Shown: piece by piece, positions 19,852 through 30,659 of the stretch
How the letters are laid out: the number at the start of each line of letters is the position of its first letter
How positions within the stretch are numbered: the stretch's first letter is position 1
NCBI GenBank assembly: GCA_036270915.1
Contig: DATBBQ010000077.1
Coordinates: 30,881 to 94,880, forward strand
Source of the DNA: Steroidobacteraceae bacterium
Lineage (GTDB): Bacteria > Pseudomonadota > Gammaproteobacteria > Steroidobacterales > Steroidobacteraceae
DNA: 64,000 nt
Reading direction: 5' to 3'
Position numbers and translations under genes: made by a program
Notes under the pieces: model-generated
Databases searched by the model: none
What the model saw: the letters and a program-made list of their open reading frames with translations, nothing else
What the model was told of the DNA's origin: nothing

Positions 19852-20181
19852 ATGCAGCTCAACGTCACCGGTCACCACGTCGAAGTCACCCCCTCGCTCA
19901 GGGGCTATGTGGAGAAGAAGTTCGAGAGAATCGGCCGCCACTTCGACCGGGTCATTGACCTGCACTGTGTGCTGACGGTGGAGAAGCTGCGACAGAAGGC
20001 GGAAGCGACCCTGCACGTGAGCGGCAGCGCGATCCACGCCGACGCCACCGAGGAGGATATGTACGCGGCCATCGACCTGCTCGCCGACAAGCTCGACCGC
20101 TGCATCAAGAAGCACAAGGAAAAGCGTAACGCACACCGCTCGGTGCAGGTGCGCACGGCAGGACTGCAGAAGCGCAAGTAG
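19852..20181 (+). CDS. hpf: ribosome hibernation promoting factor (short HPF/YhbH type)
   Basis: MQLNVTGHHVEVTPSLRGYVEKKFERI...; 109 aa; lies immediately after rpoN. Confidence 0.9.
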   Translation: MQLNVTGHHVEVTPSLRGYVEKKFERIGRHFDRVIDLHCVLTVEKLRQKAEATLHVSGSAIHADATEEDMYAAIDLLADKLDRCIKKHKEKRNAHRSVQVRTAGLQKRK

Positions 20182-20232
20182 CGCCTACGCCGCGGAGCTT
20201 GCAACGCCGGGCGCGCCGGATAACATTGCGGC

Positions 20233-21144
20233 GTGCGCATTATCGTCCTCAGCGGGTTGTCCGGTTCGGGCAAGAGTGTGGCGCTGCACATGCTCGAGGA
20301 CTTCGGCTTTTACTGCATCGACAACATTCCCGCGGCGCTGCTCAAGCCCTTCGTCTCCTACACGGTGCGCAGCCCCGAGCCGCGCTACGAGCGCACCGCC
20401 ATCGGCCTCGACGCGCGCAACACCGCCGCCGAGGTCGCGAGTGTCCCGCAGCTGATCGATGAGCTGAAGAGAAGCGGGCTGCAGTGCGAGGTGATCTTCC
20501 TGGTCGCGGCGGACGACGAGCTCCTGCGGCGCTTCGCCGAGACCCATCGCAAGCATCCGATGGCGACCAACGTCGTCGGCCTGCGCGAGGCGATGGCCAT
20601 GGAGCGCTCGCTGCTCGAACCGATCGCCTCGATCGCCGACCTGATCATCGACACCTCGCGGCTCTCGGTGCACGGCCTGCGCGACATCATCCATCGGCGC
20701 ATCGAGCAGCGCGCCTCGGGGCGCCTCTCGATCACCTTCGAGTCCTTCGGCTTCAAGCGCGGCATCCCCGGGGATGCGGATTTCGTCTTCGACGCGCGCG
20801 CGCTGCCCAATCCCTACTGGGAGCCGGGGCTGCGCAACCTCACCGGGCGCGACCCGGAAGTGATCCGCTTCCTCGAGAACCATACACACGTCAAGGCGTT
20901 CGTGGCGGACATCGCCCGCTTCGTGCGCGGGCGCGTGCCGGAGTACCAGGCGGGCAACCGCGGCTACCTCACGGTCGCCATCGGCTGCACCGGCGGGCAG
21001 CACCGCTCGGTGTACATCGTCGACCGGCTGGCGGAGCAATTCGCGGCCGAGTTCGACAACGTCACCGCGCGGCACAGCGGCCTGCCCGGGGCGAAGCTCT
21101 TCGATCCGAAGCCACGCCCGCTGCCCGTCGCCGGCAGCGGCTGA
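20233..21144 (+). CDS. rapZ: RNase adapter protein RapZ (P-loop NTPase YhbJ family)
   Basis: GTG start. MRIIVLSGLSGSGKSVALHMLEDFGFYCIDNIP Walker A; ...AIGCTGGQHRSV. Confidence 0.93.
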   Translation: MRIIVLSGLSGSGKSVALHMLEDFGFYCIDNIPAALLKPFVSYTVRSPEPRYERTAIGLDARNTAAEVASVPQLIDELKRSGLQCEVIFLVAADDELLRRFAETHRKHPMATNVVGLREAMAMERSLLEPIASIADLIIDTSRLSVHGLRDIIHRRIEQRASGRLSITFESFGFKRGIPGDADFVFDARALPNPYWEPGLRNLTGRDPEVIRFLENHTHVKAFVADIARFVRGRVPEYQAGNRGYLTVAIGCTGGQHRSVYIVDRLAEQFAAEFDNVTARHSGLPGAKLFDPKPRPLPVAGSG

Positions 21145-21165
21145 GGAGCGCATTCGCGCGCCCGG

Positions 21166-22383
21166 CTAGGTCGACTGCGCCACCCCGGCCGCGGTCAGCA
21201 CCTGCGGCAGCTTCTCCCCGCTCATGAACGCCAGCAGCGCCGAGCGCGCCTGCATGGCGTCGTGGTAGCCAAGCTCGATCAGCGCGCGCGTGTAGCCGGA
21301 CTCGAACATCAGGTAGCTCGAGAGCTGCGAGCCGGACTCGGCGCGCCCGCCGATGACGCGCAGCAGCGCCCGCAGGCCGCGCGGCATCTCGTGCGCGTGG
21401 CGCGCGGCGATCTCGCGCGGGTCGACGCTCGGGGCGAGCATCAGCGTCTCGACCGCGCGCTCCCCGTGCGCCGCCTGCGGCGCGTTGCGCACCAGATCGT
21501 TGATGCGCTCGAGCTGCTCGAGGTCGCCGTAGATCTGGTCGGTGAACAGCGTGTCGAGCATGTAGCCGAAGATCTCGCCCGGGCTCGGCATGAGACTCAG
21601 GCTGCGGTGCACGGTGACCCCGGCGGCGCGACGCGCGCGCACGCCCACGATCAGCAGCCGATCGGCCCCCAGGTGGATCGCGGGGCTCAGGGGATGGATC
21701 TGGCGCATGGCGCCGTCGCCATAGAAATCCTCGCCGATGCGGATCGGCGGAAACAGCAGCGGAATGGCCGCGCTCGCCATCAGGTGATCGAGCGTCAGGA
21801 GCGTGCGCCGGCCGACGCGCTGCACGCGCGACCAGTCGCTGAGCGGCTCGGCGCCCTCGTAGAAGGCCACCGACTGCCCGGTGGTGTAGCTCGTGGCGCA
21901 CAGCGCGAAGGCGCGCAGGTGCCCGCGCGCGATGCTGCGGCGGATGCCGGCGCAGTCGACGTGCACGCCGAGCAGCTCGCGCAGCGGGGTGTTGTCGAGG
22001 ATCGACTTCGGCGGCGAGAGCACCAGGCCGCCGGAGACCAGCGCCAGCACCCAGTGGGCCCCGGCGCGCAGCATGTGGCGCGTGTCGACGTGAAACACCT
22101 GCTCGGAGCGGAAGTTGGCCCACACCGACTCCAGTCCCGCCACCGCGCGGCGCCACTGGTGGGCCTCGGCGGCCAGCACCCCCGCGGCGACCGCGCCGGC
22201 CGAGGTACCGACGATGACCGGAAAGGGATTGCGGCCACGCGGGATGAGCTCCGCGAGCGCGAGCAGTACCCCGACCTGATAGGCCGAGCGCGCGCCGCCG
22301 CCGGTCAGCACCAGGCCCACGGTGGTGCGCGGTCCCGCCCTGATCCCCGACTCCGTTACGCCGTCCTTAGTAGGTGAGTACAT
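21166..22383 (-). CDS. patatin-like phospholipase
   Basis: GLVLTGGGARSAYQVG (oxyanion-hole GGGxR), GTSAGAV (GxSxG nucleophile) and YGDGAM (catalytic Asp, DGA). Confidence 0.85.
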   Translation of the reverse strand: MYSPTKDGVTESGIRAGPRTTVGLVLTGGGARSAYQVGVLLALAELIPRGRNPFPVIVGTSAGAVAAGVLAAEAHQWRRAVAGLESVWANFRSEQVFHVDTRHMLRAGAHWVLALVSGGLVLSPPKSILDNTPLRELLGVHVDCAGIRRSIARGHLRAFALCATSYTTGQSVAFYEGAEPLSDWSRVQRVGRRTLLTLDHLMASAAIPLLFPPIRIGEDFYGDGAMRQIHPLSPAIHLGADRLLIVGVRARRAAGVTVHRSLSLMPSPGEIFGYMLDTLFTDQIYGDLEQLERINDLVRNAPQAAHGERAVETLMLAPSVDPREIAARHAHEMPRGLRALLRVIGGRAESGSQLSSYLMFESGYTRALIELGYHDAMQARSALLAFMSGEKLPQVLTAAGVAQST

Positions 22384-22394
22384 CCCACCGCCTA

Positions 22395-23651
22395 TTATGG
22401 AACCTGCGGTGGTGATTGCTGTGTGACGCTGGTCGCGCGGGCGTCAGCGTACGCCGACGGCGTGAGGCTCAGCGGGCGCTTCAGTTCACGAATTGCCTCG
22501 TCGAGACCGGCTATGGTGAGCGGGAACATGCGCCCGCCGACCAGCTCGCGCGTGATGCCCACGGACGGGGTGTACTCCCAGCGACGCGGCTCCTCGGGGT
22601 TCAGCCACACCAGCCGCGGGAAAGAATTGCTTACACGCTGCATCCAGCGCGCGCCGCTCTCGGCGTTCCAGTGCTCGATGCTCCCGCCCGGCTGGGTGAT
22701 CTCGTAGGGGCTCATGCTGGCATCGCCGACGAAGATGACGCGGTAGTCACGCCCGTAGGTGCGCAGCACGCGCTCGGTGGAGGTGCTCGCGCCGAAGCGC
22801 CGGCTGTTGTCCCGCCACACCTGCTCGTAGATGAAGTTGTGGAAGTAGAAGTGCTCGAGGTGCTTGAACTCGCTGCGCGCCGCGGAGAACAGTTCCTCGC
22901 ACACCCGCACGTGATCGTCCATCGAGCCGCCCACGTCGAGGAACAGCAGCACCTTGACCGCGTTGTGCCGCTCCGGCACCAGCTTCAGGTCGAGGAGGCC
23001 GGCGTTGCGCGCCGTGGCGTCGATCGTGCCCTCGAGGTCGAGCTGCTCGGCCGCGCCCTCGCGCGCGAAGCGGCGCAGCTTGCGCAGCGCGAGCTTCAGG
23101 TTGCGCGTGCCGAGCTCGAGGGTGTCATCGAGGTTGCGGAACTCGCGCCGCTCCCAGACCTTCACCGCGCGGCGTGCCCCGGAACCCGCCGGTCCGATGC
23201 GCACCCCTTCCGGGCTGTAGCCGCCGGTGCCGAAGGGCGAGGTGCCGCCCGTGCCGATCCAGCGGCTGCCGCCCTGGTGGCGGGCCTGCTGCTCGGCGAG
23301 TCGTGCGCGCAGCGTCGCGAGCAGCTGCTCGAAGCCGCCGAGCGCGGCGATGCGCTGCTTCTCTTCCTCCGAGAACAGGCGCGTGCCGAGCGAGCGCAGC
23401 CACTCCTGCGGAACGCTCGCGAGCAGCTCGATGAATGCGCGCTCGGCGCCGGCGAACACTTGCGCGAATACCCGGTCGAAGCGGTCGTAGTGGCGCTCGT
23501 CCTTCACCAGGCAGGCTCGCGCCAGGTGATAGAAGTCCTCCGCCGACAGCTGCGCGACGCGCGCGGCGAGGGCCGCGAGCAGGGTGAGGAACTCCGTCAG
23601 CGAGACCGGTACGCCCGCGGCGCGCAGCTCGAAGAAGAAGCGCACCAGCAA
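22395..23651 (-). CDS. VWA domain protein, CoxE-like
   Basis: N-terminus MLVRFFFELRAAGVPVSLTEFLTLL is typical of VWA_CoxE proteins. MIDAS-like LLFLDVGGSMD. TTG start 15 nt after the MoxR stop. Confidence 0.8.
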   Translation of the reverse strand: MLVRFFFELRAAGVPVSLTEFLTLLAALAARVAQLSAEDFYHLARACLVKDERHYDRFDRVFAQVFAGAERAFIELLASVPQEWLRSLGTRLFSEEEKQRIAALGGFEQLLATLRARLAEQQARHQGGSRWIGTGGTSPFGTGGYSPEGVRIGPAGSGARRAVKVWERREFRNLDDTLELGTRNLKLALRKLRRFAREGAAEQLDLEGTIDATARNAGLLDLKLVPERHNAVKVLLFLDVGGSMDDHVRVCEELFSAARSEFKHLEHFYFHNFIYEQVWRDNSRRFGASTSTERVLRTYGRDYRVIFVGDASMSPYEITQPGGSIEHWNAESGARWMQRVSNSFPRLVWLNPEEPRRWEYTPSVGITRELVGGRMFPLTIAGLDEAIRELKRPLSLTPSAYADARATSVTQQSPPQVP

Positions 23652-23666
23652 GGCAACCCCCGCGCC

Positions 23667-24515
23667 TCAGCGCCCGCGGCGATGCATGAACACGAGCTGC
23701 TCGAACAGGTGCACGTCCTGCTCGTTCTTCAGCAGCGCCCCGTGCATGATCGGGATGACCTTCTTGCTGTCCGCGCTGCGCAGCGCCTCGGGCGCGATGT
23801 CCTCGGCGAGCAGCAGCTTGATCCAGTCGAGCAGCTCCGAGGTCGAGGGCTTCTTCTTCAGTCCCGGCGTGGCGCGCACCTCGAAGAACGCCGCGAGCGC
23901 CTCGGCGAGCAGTTCCTTCTTGAGGTTCGGGTAGTGCACCTCGACGATCGCGCGCATGGTCGCCTCGTCGGGGAAGCGGATGTAGTGGAAGAAGCAGCGG
24001 CGCAGAAACGCGTCCGGCAGCTCCTTCTCGTTGTTGCTGGTGATGATGATGATCGGACGGTGGCGCGCCTTCACCAGCTCGCGCGTCTCGTAGACGTAGA
24101 ACTCCATGCGATCGAGCTCGCGCAGCAGGTCGTTCGGAAACTCGATGTCCGCCTTGTCGATCTCATCGATCAGCAGCACCGGCTGCACGTGCGACTCGAA
24201 CGCCTCCCACAGCCGCCCGCGCACGATGTAGTTGTGGATGTCGTGCACGCGCGCATCCCCGAGCTGCGAGTCGCGCAGGCGCGAGACCGCGTCGTACTCG
24301 TACAGGCCCTGCTGCGCCTTGCTGGTGGATTTGATGTGCCATTCGTACAGCGGCCGCCCGAGCGCCGCGGCGATCTCCTGCGCGAGCTGCGTCTTGCCGG
24401 TGCCCGGCTCGCCCTTGATGAGGAGCGGCCGGGCGAGCGTGATGGCCGCATTGACCGCCATCATGAGGTCGTCCGTGGCGATGTAGCGGTCGGTGCCGGT
24501 GAATCGGGTGCTCAT
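23667..24515 (-). CDS. MoxR-family AAA+ ATPase (CoxD-like, AAA_5)
   Basis: Walker A LIKGEPGTGKTQLA, Walker B VLLIDEIDKA, and ..IIIITSNNEKELPDAFLRRC. Confidence 0.9.
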   Translation of the reverse strand: MSTRFTGTDRYIATDDLMMAVNAAITLARPLLIKGEPGTGKTQLAQEIAAALGRPLYEWHIKSTSKAQQGLYEYDAVSRLRDSQLGDARVHDIHNYIVRGRLWEAFESHVQPVLLIDEIDKADIEFPNDLLRELDRMEFYVYETRELVKARHRPIIIITSNNEKELPDAFLRRCFFHYIRFPDEATMRAIVEVHYPNLKKELLAEALAAFFEVRATPGLKKKPSTSELLDWIKLLLAEDIAPEALRSADSKKVIPIMHGALLKNEQDVHLFEQLVFMHRRGR

Positions 24516-24590
24516 GGATCGAGAGTCTAACCGTGAACGGGGCAGCGCGCGGTGTGGCCAAACGCGCAAGCCCGCGTCGGCGCGCGCCGG

Positions 24591-26984
24591 CTAGTTCGGG
24601 GCGAGCGTCAGGGTGTGCTCCGCGGCACCCGGCAGGAACGGCAGGGGCTCCCCGTGCACCCAGCCGAGAAAGCCGGCCCGGTAGTAGGGCGAGAGCGGGT
24701 GCCCGCTCTGCCCGCCCGGCAGCTCGAGGTACCCCTCGGCCTCGCGGCCCGGGGAGACGGCGAAGCGCTCGGAGCTGCCAAAGTCCCGGTCCTGCACCCG
24801 GGGCATGTTGTGGTCGCCGGGGAGCTCCACGGTCGGCATGTCGAGGAGCCCGGAGAGCCCCGGCAGCGCGCGCGACAGCGGGTGGCGGATGCGCGCGACG
24901 TTGCGCGCACCCCACGTGCAGCGGGAGAGCTCGGGGCAGGGGCCGGCGAGCTCGCTGAGTGTCGCATCGAGCTGGGCCAGCAGGAACTGCGGCCAGTCCT
25001 CGTACTCGCGGGCGAGCAGGTGCAGCGGGCGCTCACTCACCAGCCGCCACAGCGGACCTTCGAACTGCGCCGGCGGACCCATGCCCTCGTCCGAGGGGAC
25101 CCGCAGCGCCGTGAGCAGCATCGCGAACACCGCCTCCTCGGTGTGCGTGCGGTAGGCGCGTACCAGGCGGTAGCCGACCGAGTCGGTGCTGGCGCGCGCC
25201 TTCCAGCCCTCGATCAGGCGCCGCGCCTCGGCACGATTCGGATGCCCGGCGAGTGCCGGCTCATCGAGCAGCCCGAGCAGCAGGTGCTGCCAGCGTTCGA
25301 GGAAGCGCGCCCGGTCATCGAGCTGGATGGCGAGCATGTCCCGCGGCGTGACGGCGCCGGTGAGCGCCATGAGGTCGTCGCGGATCTGGCCGGCGCGCGC
25401 GCCGAGATCGTATTCCGAGCCGAGCGGCGCCCACGCGCCGCCGATCAGCTCCTGCGCCCGCGCCGCGGAGGCGACGCGCGCGTTCGCGGTCCACAACCGC
25501 GCGAAGGGCGGGTCGAGGATGTACGGGTGATCCGCCGCGCTGGTGTAGGGGGCGCCGGTGCGTGCCCGCGCCCAGCCGGTGTCCTCGGGGATGCGCCCGA
25601 AGATCGTCCAGGCGATGTGACCCTCGCGGTCCCCGAGCACCACGTTCTGGTGCGGGATGCCCACCTCGGGTGCGAGCGCGAGCGCGTCCGCGACGCTGTG
25701 GATCTCCTCCAGGCGCGCGGCGTTGGTGTTGGTGGCATCCGGCCGCTGCGCGAGCCAGGCGCCGAACCAGCAGGTGTGCTCCTCGGGGTCGGCGCGCAGC
25801 AGCAGACCCTTGGGACCGGAGCGCACCCGCAGCACCTCGGGTGCGGCGCCGTGGATCGCGATCGTCTCCTCGACCACCGTGAGGGGCACCGCGCCCTCGG
25901 GCGTCGTGAGCTCGCGCTCGCCGACCGCGGTGCATGGCACCGCCTCGATGTCGACCCAGGCGCCGTAGCTGTTGGTAAAGCCCCAGGCGAGGTACCCATT
26001 CGACCCGGCGACCAGGAGCGGCGTGCCGGGCAGCGTCACGCCGTTCAGGTCGAGCGCGGGCGCGCCCGCGCCCTTGACCGTAAGACGCATGTGATACCAG
26101 ATGGTGGGCACGCGCTGGTTCAGGTGCATGTCGTTGGCGATCAGGGCCGCGCCGCCCGCGGTGAGCGAGCCGGCGACCGCCCAGCTGTTGCTCCCGGCCG
26201 CCGGCTCGGCCGGGCCACTCGTCGCGGCGAGCCCCGCCGCCACCCCGCGCACGTCGAGGACGCTCGCGTCGGGTATCGGCGGCGCGTCCGTCGCGGCATC
26301 GCCGGCGTCCGTGTCGGGCGCATCCCAGCTCGTGCCGCGCGGGTAGAGAAAGGACAGCGCGCACCTGAAGCCGCCGGGGCACTCCGGCCCCTTGAGGCGG
26401 GCATTGATCTGCTGGCGCAGGATCTCGCGCCGCAGACTGTTCACCTGCAGGTCCCACCACATCGCGTACACGACCAGCAGGCTGTCCTCCGGACGCCAGG
26501 CGGCGGGCTTCTCCTTGAGGACGAAGTACTCCCAGGGCCGCGCCCCAAGGTCCGCGAGCCCGGCGTTCACCCCCTCGCTGTACGCCTCGAGCAGCGCGCG
26601 CTGCCCGGGGGCGATGCGGCCGAGCACCTCGCGTGCGACGCTGCGGAAGCGAAACAGACGGGCCTTCTGGTCCTGCTCGAGCGCGGCGCGGCCCACGAGC
26701 TCGGACAGCTCCCCCGCGGCCAGCCGCCGCGACAGGTCCATCTCGAAGAAGCGGTCCTGGGCGTGCACGAAGCCCGTGGCCCAGGCGAGGTCGCGGCGGT
26801 TGGCGGCCTCGACGGTGGTGACCCCGCGCGCGTCGCGGCTGACGGTGACCGGTGCGGTGAGCCCCGCCGCACGCACCCGACCGTCCAGGCGCGGGAGCGA
26901 GGCGCGCAGGCCGAAGTAGGCGGTAGCGAAGAGCGCGAGCAGCACGAGCGCGAGCACCGCGCCGAGGATCTTCAGCGTGCGCAC
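24591..26984 (-). CDS. penicillin acylase family Ntn-hydrolase (acyl-homoserine-lactone/penicillin amidase-like)
   Basis: N-terminal TM/signal; ..FVHAQDRFFEMD..; processing or nucleophile site GSNSWAV; 797 aa. GTG start 16 nt after the pyk stop. Confidence 0.88.
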   Translation of the reverse strand: MRTLKILGAVLALVLLALFATAYFGLRASLPRLDGRVRAAGLTAPVTVSRDARGVTTVEAANRRDLAWATGFVHAQDRFFEMDLSRRLAAGELSELVGRAALEQDQKARLFRFRSVAREVLGRIAPGQRALLEAYSEGVNAGLADLGARPWEYFVLKEKPAAWRPEDSLLVVYAMWWDLQVNSLRREILRQQINARLKGPECPGGFRCALSFLYPRGTSWDAPDTDAGDAATDAPPIPDASVLDVRGVAAGLAATSGPAEPAAGSNSWAVAGSLTAGGAALIANDMHLNQRVPTIWYHMRLTVKGAGAPALDLNGVTLPGTPLLVAGSNGYLAWGFTNSYGAWVDIEAVPCTAVGERELTTPEGAVPLTVVEETIAIHGAAPEVLRVRSGPKGLLLRADPEEHTCWFGAWLAQRPDATNTNAARLEEIHSVADALALAPEVGIPHQNVVLGDREGHIAWTIFGRIPEDTGWARARTGAPYTSAADHPYILDPPFARLWTANARVASAARAQELIGGAWAPLGSEYDLGARAGQIRDDLMALTGAVTPRDMLAIQLDDRARFLERWQHLLLGLLDEPALAGHPNRAEARRLIEGWKARASTDSVGYRLVRAYRTHTEEAVFAMLLTALRVPSDEGMGPPAQFEGPLWRLVSERPLHLLAREYEDWPQFLLAQLDATLSELAGPCPELSRCTWGARNVARIRHPLSRALPGLSGLLDMPTVELPGDHNMPRVQDRDFGSSERFAVSPGREAEGYLELPGGQSGHPLSPYYRAGFLGWVHGEPLPFLPGAAEHTLTLAPN

Positions 26985-27000
26985 GACGGTGACGGCGCGC

Positions 27001-28470
27001 TCAGTCGAGCGTCACCTTCAGGATCTGCATCGAGTTGGTCCCGCCCTGCACGCCGGACAGCTCGCCCTTGGTGAGGATGACCAGGTCGCGCCTGTTGACC
27101 AGGCGCAGCTCGAGCAGGCGCGTGAAGAGCGCGCGGTACAGCTGCTCGTTCGAGCTCGCGCCCCCGCCGCTGACGTCGAAGGTCACCGGGTAGACGCCGC
27201 GGTAGAGCGAGACGCGGCGCCGCGTCGACTCGTGGCGCGTGAAGGCATACACCGGAATGTCCGAGCGGATGCGCGACATCCACAGCGGCGTCGCGCCCGA
27301 CTCGGTGAGGGCGACGATGGCGCGCACCTTCATGTGATTGGCCGTGTAGGTCACCGCCATGGCGATCGCCTGCTCGGTGCCCTCGAACTCGCCCTCGACG
27401 ACGCGCTGCCGTGCGCGCGGGTGGGTGAGCTGGTACTTCTCCGCCCCGTCGATGACCTGCGCCATCGCCTCGACCGCCTTCACCGGGTAGCGCCCGGTGG
27501 CGGTCTCGGCCGAGAGCATGACCGCATCGGTCCCGTCCATCACCGCGTTGGCGACGTCGCTCACCTCGGCGCGCGTCGGCATGGGATTGTGGATCATCGA
27601 CTCCATCATCTGGGTCGCGGTGATCACGACGCGGTTGCGGCTGCGCGTCTCGTGGATGATGGTCTTCTGCAGCCCGGTGAGCTCGGCGTAGCCCATCTCC
27701 ACGCCCAGGTCGCCGCGCGCCACCATGACGACGTCGCTCGCCTCGATGATGCCGGCGAGATTCTCGACCGCCTCGTGGCGCTCGATCTTCGCCACCAGGT
27801 GCGCCTCACCGCCTGCCGCGCGCACCAGCGTGCGGGCTTGCTGCATGTCGGCGGCGTCGCGCGCGAAGGACACGGCGACGTAGTCGATGCCCTCATGGGC
27901 GGCGAAGCGGATGTCCTCGCGGTCGCGCTCGGAGATCGCGGGCGCGGAGATGCCGCCGCCCTGGCGGTTGAGCCCCTTGCGGTCGGAGAGCTCTCCGCCG
28001 GCGCGCACGCGCGTCTCGATCGCGGTCTCCCCCACCTTCTCGACGTCGAGGATGATCTGCCCGTCCGCGAGCAACAGCGTATCGCCGGGGCCCACGTCCC
28101 GGGGCAGGTTTGGGTAGGCGACGCCGACCTGCTCCACCGTGCCCGCCTTCGGATCGAGCGCCGTGTCGAGCGTGAAGCGTGCGCCCTCCTCGAGCAGCAC
28201 CCTGCCCTCGCGGAAGCATTCGATGCGGATCTTCGGTCCCCCCAGGTCGAGGAGGATGCCGACGCAGCGCCCGCTCACCTGCGCCGCCTCGCGCACCAGC
28301 GCCAGGCGCTGGCGGCGGTCCTCGAGCGTGCCGTGCGAGGCGTTCAGGCGCACCACGTCGACCCCGGCCTGCAGCACCTGGGTGAGCACGGCGAGATCGT
28401 CGGTCGCCGGTCCCACGGTGGCGACGATCTTGGCGCGTCGCAGGCGCGTGCGCGCGCCGCGCTCAGCCAC
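27001..28470 (-). CDS. pyk: pyruvate kinase
   Basis: [26 protein letters not shown] and ..[10 protein letters not shown]. motifs. GTG 28470 overlaps the pgk stop by 8 nt. The longer ORF to 28605 would overlap pgk by 143 nt. Confidence 0.92.
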   Translation of the reverse strand: MAERGARTRLRRAKIVATVGPATDDLAVLTQVLQAGVDVVRLNASHGTLEDRRQRLALVREAAQVSGRCVGILLDLGGPKIRIECFREGRVLLEEGARFTLDTALDPKAGTVEQVGVAYPNLPRDVGPGDTLLLADGQIILDVEKVGETAIETRVRAGGELSDRKGLNRQGGGISAPAISERDREDIRFAAHEGIDYVAVSFARDAADMQQARTLVRAAGGEAHLVAKIERHEAVENLAGIIEASDVVMVARGDLGVEMGYAELTGLQKTIIHETRSRNRVVITATQMMESMIHNPMPTRAEVSDVANAVMDGTDAVMLSAETATGRYPVKAVEAMAQVIDGAEKYQLTHPRARQRVVEGEFEGTEQAIAMAVTYTANHMKVRAIVALTESGATPLWMSRIRSDIPVYAFTRHESTRRRVSLYRGVYPVTFDVSGGGASSNEQLYRALFTRLLELRLVNRRDLVILTKGELSGVQGGTNSMQILKVTLD

Positions 28471-29641
28471 GCGCGCGCTCCTCGAGCACCGCGACCGCGG
28501 GCAACGTCTTGCCCTCGACGAACTCCAGGAAGGCGCCGCCGCCCGTGGAGATATAGGAGATCCCGTCCTCGACGCCGTACTTCTCGATGGCCGCGAGCGT
28601 GTCACCGCCGCCGGCGAGCGAGAACGCCTTGCCGCGCGCGATCGCCTGGGCGATGACGCGCGTGCCCTCGCCGAACTGCTCGAACTCGAAGACCCCGGCC
28701 GGGCCGTTCCAGATGATGGTGCCGGCCGCGCCGATGAGCGCGGCGCAGCGATCGGCGCTGTCCGGGCCGATGTCGAGGATCATCTCCTCGGGCCGCACGT
28801 CGGTGACCGCGCGCACGTCGGCGTGCGCGGTGGAGGCGAACTCGCGCGCGACCACCACGTCGCTCGGCAGCGGGATCGCGGTGCCGCGCGCCGCGGCCTT
28901 GTCCATGAGGCGCCGCGCGACGTCCAGCATGTCGGTCTCGCACAGCGAGCGGCCGACCTTGACCCCGGTCGCGGCCAGGAAGGTGTTGGCGATGCCGCCG
29001 CCGACGATCAGCTGGTCGACCCGCTCGAGGAGCGACTCGAGCACGGTGAGCTTGGTGGAGATCTTCGAGCCACCGACGATCGCGAGCAGCGGCCGCGCCG
29101 GCTGCTCGAGCGCGCGGTGCAGGGCCTCGAGCTCACCGACCAGCAGCGGCCCGGCGCACGCCACCGGCGCGAAGCGCGCGACCCCGTGCGTGCTCGCCTC
29201 GGCGCGGTGCGCGGTACCGAAGGCATCCATGACGAACACGTCGCAGAGCGCGGCCATGCGCCGCGCGAGCCCCTCGTCGTCCTTCTTCTCGCCCTTGTTG
29301 AAGCGCACGTTCTCGCACAGCACGGCGCTGCCGGCGGGGCAGTCGATGCCGTTCAGCCAGTCGGTGCGCAGCGGCACCGGCTTGCCGAGCAGCTCCGAGA
29401 GGCGCGCCGCCACCGGCGCGAGCGACAGCGACGGGTCGTACTCGCCCTCCTTCGGGCGGCCGAGGTGCGAGAGGATGAAGACGCGCGCGTGCTGATCGAG
29501 GGCGTAGCGGATCGTGGCGAGCGCGGCACGGATGCGCGCGTCGCTCGTCACCTGCCCGTCCTGCACCGGAACGTTGAGGTCCTCCCGGATGAGGACCCGC
29601 TTGTTACGCAGATCCGTGTCGCTCAGGCGTGTGACCGTCAT
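28463..29641 (-). CDS. pgk: phosphoglycerate kinase
   Basis: [16 protein letters not shown], ..ILSHLGRP.. and GGGDT.AAI motifs. ATGA overlap with the gap stop. Confidence 0.96.
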   Translation of the reverse strand: MTVTRLSDTDLRNKRVLIREDLNVPVQDGQVTSDARIRAALATIRYALDQHARVFILSHLGRPKEGEYDPSLSLAPVAARLSELLGKPVPLRTDWLNGIDCPAGSAVLCENVRFNKGEKKDDEGLARRMAALCDVFVMDAFGTAHRAEASTHGVARFAPVACAGPLLVGELEALHRALEQPARPLLAIVGGSKISTKLTVLESLLERVDQLIVGGGIANTFLAATGVKVGRSLCETDMLDVARRLMDKAAARGTAIPLPSDVVVAREFASTAHADVRAVTDVRPEEMILDIGPDSADRCAALIGAAGTIIWNGPAGVFEFEQFGEGTRVIAQAIARGKAFSLAGGGDTLAAIEKYGVEDGISYISTGGGAFLEFVEGKTLPAVAVLEERARG

Positions 29642-30654
29642 GACGCCTTCGACCACGCGAGCGTGGTGTCGAGCATGCGGTTGGAGAAGCCCCACTCGTT
29701 GTCATACCAGGCGCACACCTTGACCAGCGTGCCGTCGATCACCTTGGTGAGGTTCGCGTCGAAGATCGAGGAGTGCGGGTCGTGGTTGAAGTCAATCGAG
29801 ACCAGCGGCGCGTCGTTGTAGGCGAGGATGTTGTGCAGCGGACCGGAGGCGGCCGCTTGTTGCAGCGCCTTGTTGACCTCCTCGACGCTGGTCGCGCGCT
29901 TGGCGCTGAAGGTGAGGTCCACGAGCGAGACGTTGATGGTCGGCACGCGCACCGCGAAGCCATCGAGCTTGCCCTTCAGTTCCGGCAGCACCAGGCCGAC
30001 CGCGGCCGCGGCCCCGGTCTTGGTCGGGATCTGCGACATGGTGGCCGAGCGCGCCCGGCGCAGGTCCGAGTGGTACACGTCGGTGAGCACCTGGTCGTTG
30101 GTGTAGGAGTGGATGGTGGTCATGATGCCGGCGGCGATGCCCACCTTGTCGTTGAGCACCTTGGCGACCGGCGCGAGGCAGTTGGTCGTGCACGAGGCGT
30201 TGGAGATGACGCTGAAGCCGCTCTTGAGCACGCCGTGGTTCACGCCGTAGACGATGGTCGCGTCCACGTCTTCGCCGCCGGGCGCCGAGATCACCACCTT
30301 CTTCGCGCCGCCCTTGAGATGCGCGCCGGCCTTCGCCTTGCTGGTGAAGATGCCGGTGCACTCGAGCACGTACTCGGCGCCGACCGCACCCCAGGGGAGC
30401 TTGGCCGGGTCGCGCTCGGCGAACACGCGGATGCGGTCGTCGTTCACCAGCATGTAGTCCCCGTCGACGCGCACCTGGCCGTGGAAGCGCCCGTGCACGC
30501 TATCGTGCAGCGTCAGGTGGGCATTGGCTTTCGGGTCGCATAGATCGTTGATCGCGACGATCTGCAGCTCACCGGTGCGCTTGCCCTCGTACAGGGCCCG
30601 CAGCACGTTGCGGCCGATGCGCCCGTAACCGTTGATACCGACCTTGATTGGCAT
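29638..30654 (-). CDS. gap: type I glyceraldehyde-3-phosphate dehydrogenase
   Basis: [19 protein letters not shown] and the [12 protein letters not shown] active site. ATG 30654 has a GGAGG Shine-Dalgarno 10 nt upstream. Confidence 0.96.
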   Translation of the reverse strand: MPIKVGINGYGRIGRNVLRALYEGKRTGELQIVAINDLCDPKANAHLTLHDSVHGRFHGQVRVDGDYMLVNDDRIRVFAERDPAKLPWGAVGAEYVLECTGIFTSKAKAGAHLKGGAKKVVISAPGGEDVDATIVYGVNHGVLKSGFSVISNASCTTNCLAPVAKVLNDKVGIAAGIMTTIHSYTNDQVLTDVYHSDLRRARSATMSQIPTKTGAAAAVGLVLPELKGKLDGFAVRVPTINVSLVDLTFSAKRATSVEEVNKALQQAAASGPLHNILAYNDAPLVSIDFNHDPHSSIFDANLTKVIDGTLVKVCAWYDNEWGFSNRMLDTTLAWSKAS

Positions 30655-30659
30655 GCCGT

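Noticed and set aside
22416-27074. 704-aa and 840-aa plus-strand ORFs (22416-24530, 24552-27074)
   Set aside because: They run antisense to the VWA, MoxR and acylase genes and have no motifs and an Arg/Gly/Ala bias. The same reasoning applies to 28139-29821, 30648-32699, 40454-41764, 42977-44395, 48350-50326, 51204-52826, 53796-55442 and 59065-61263.
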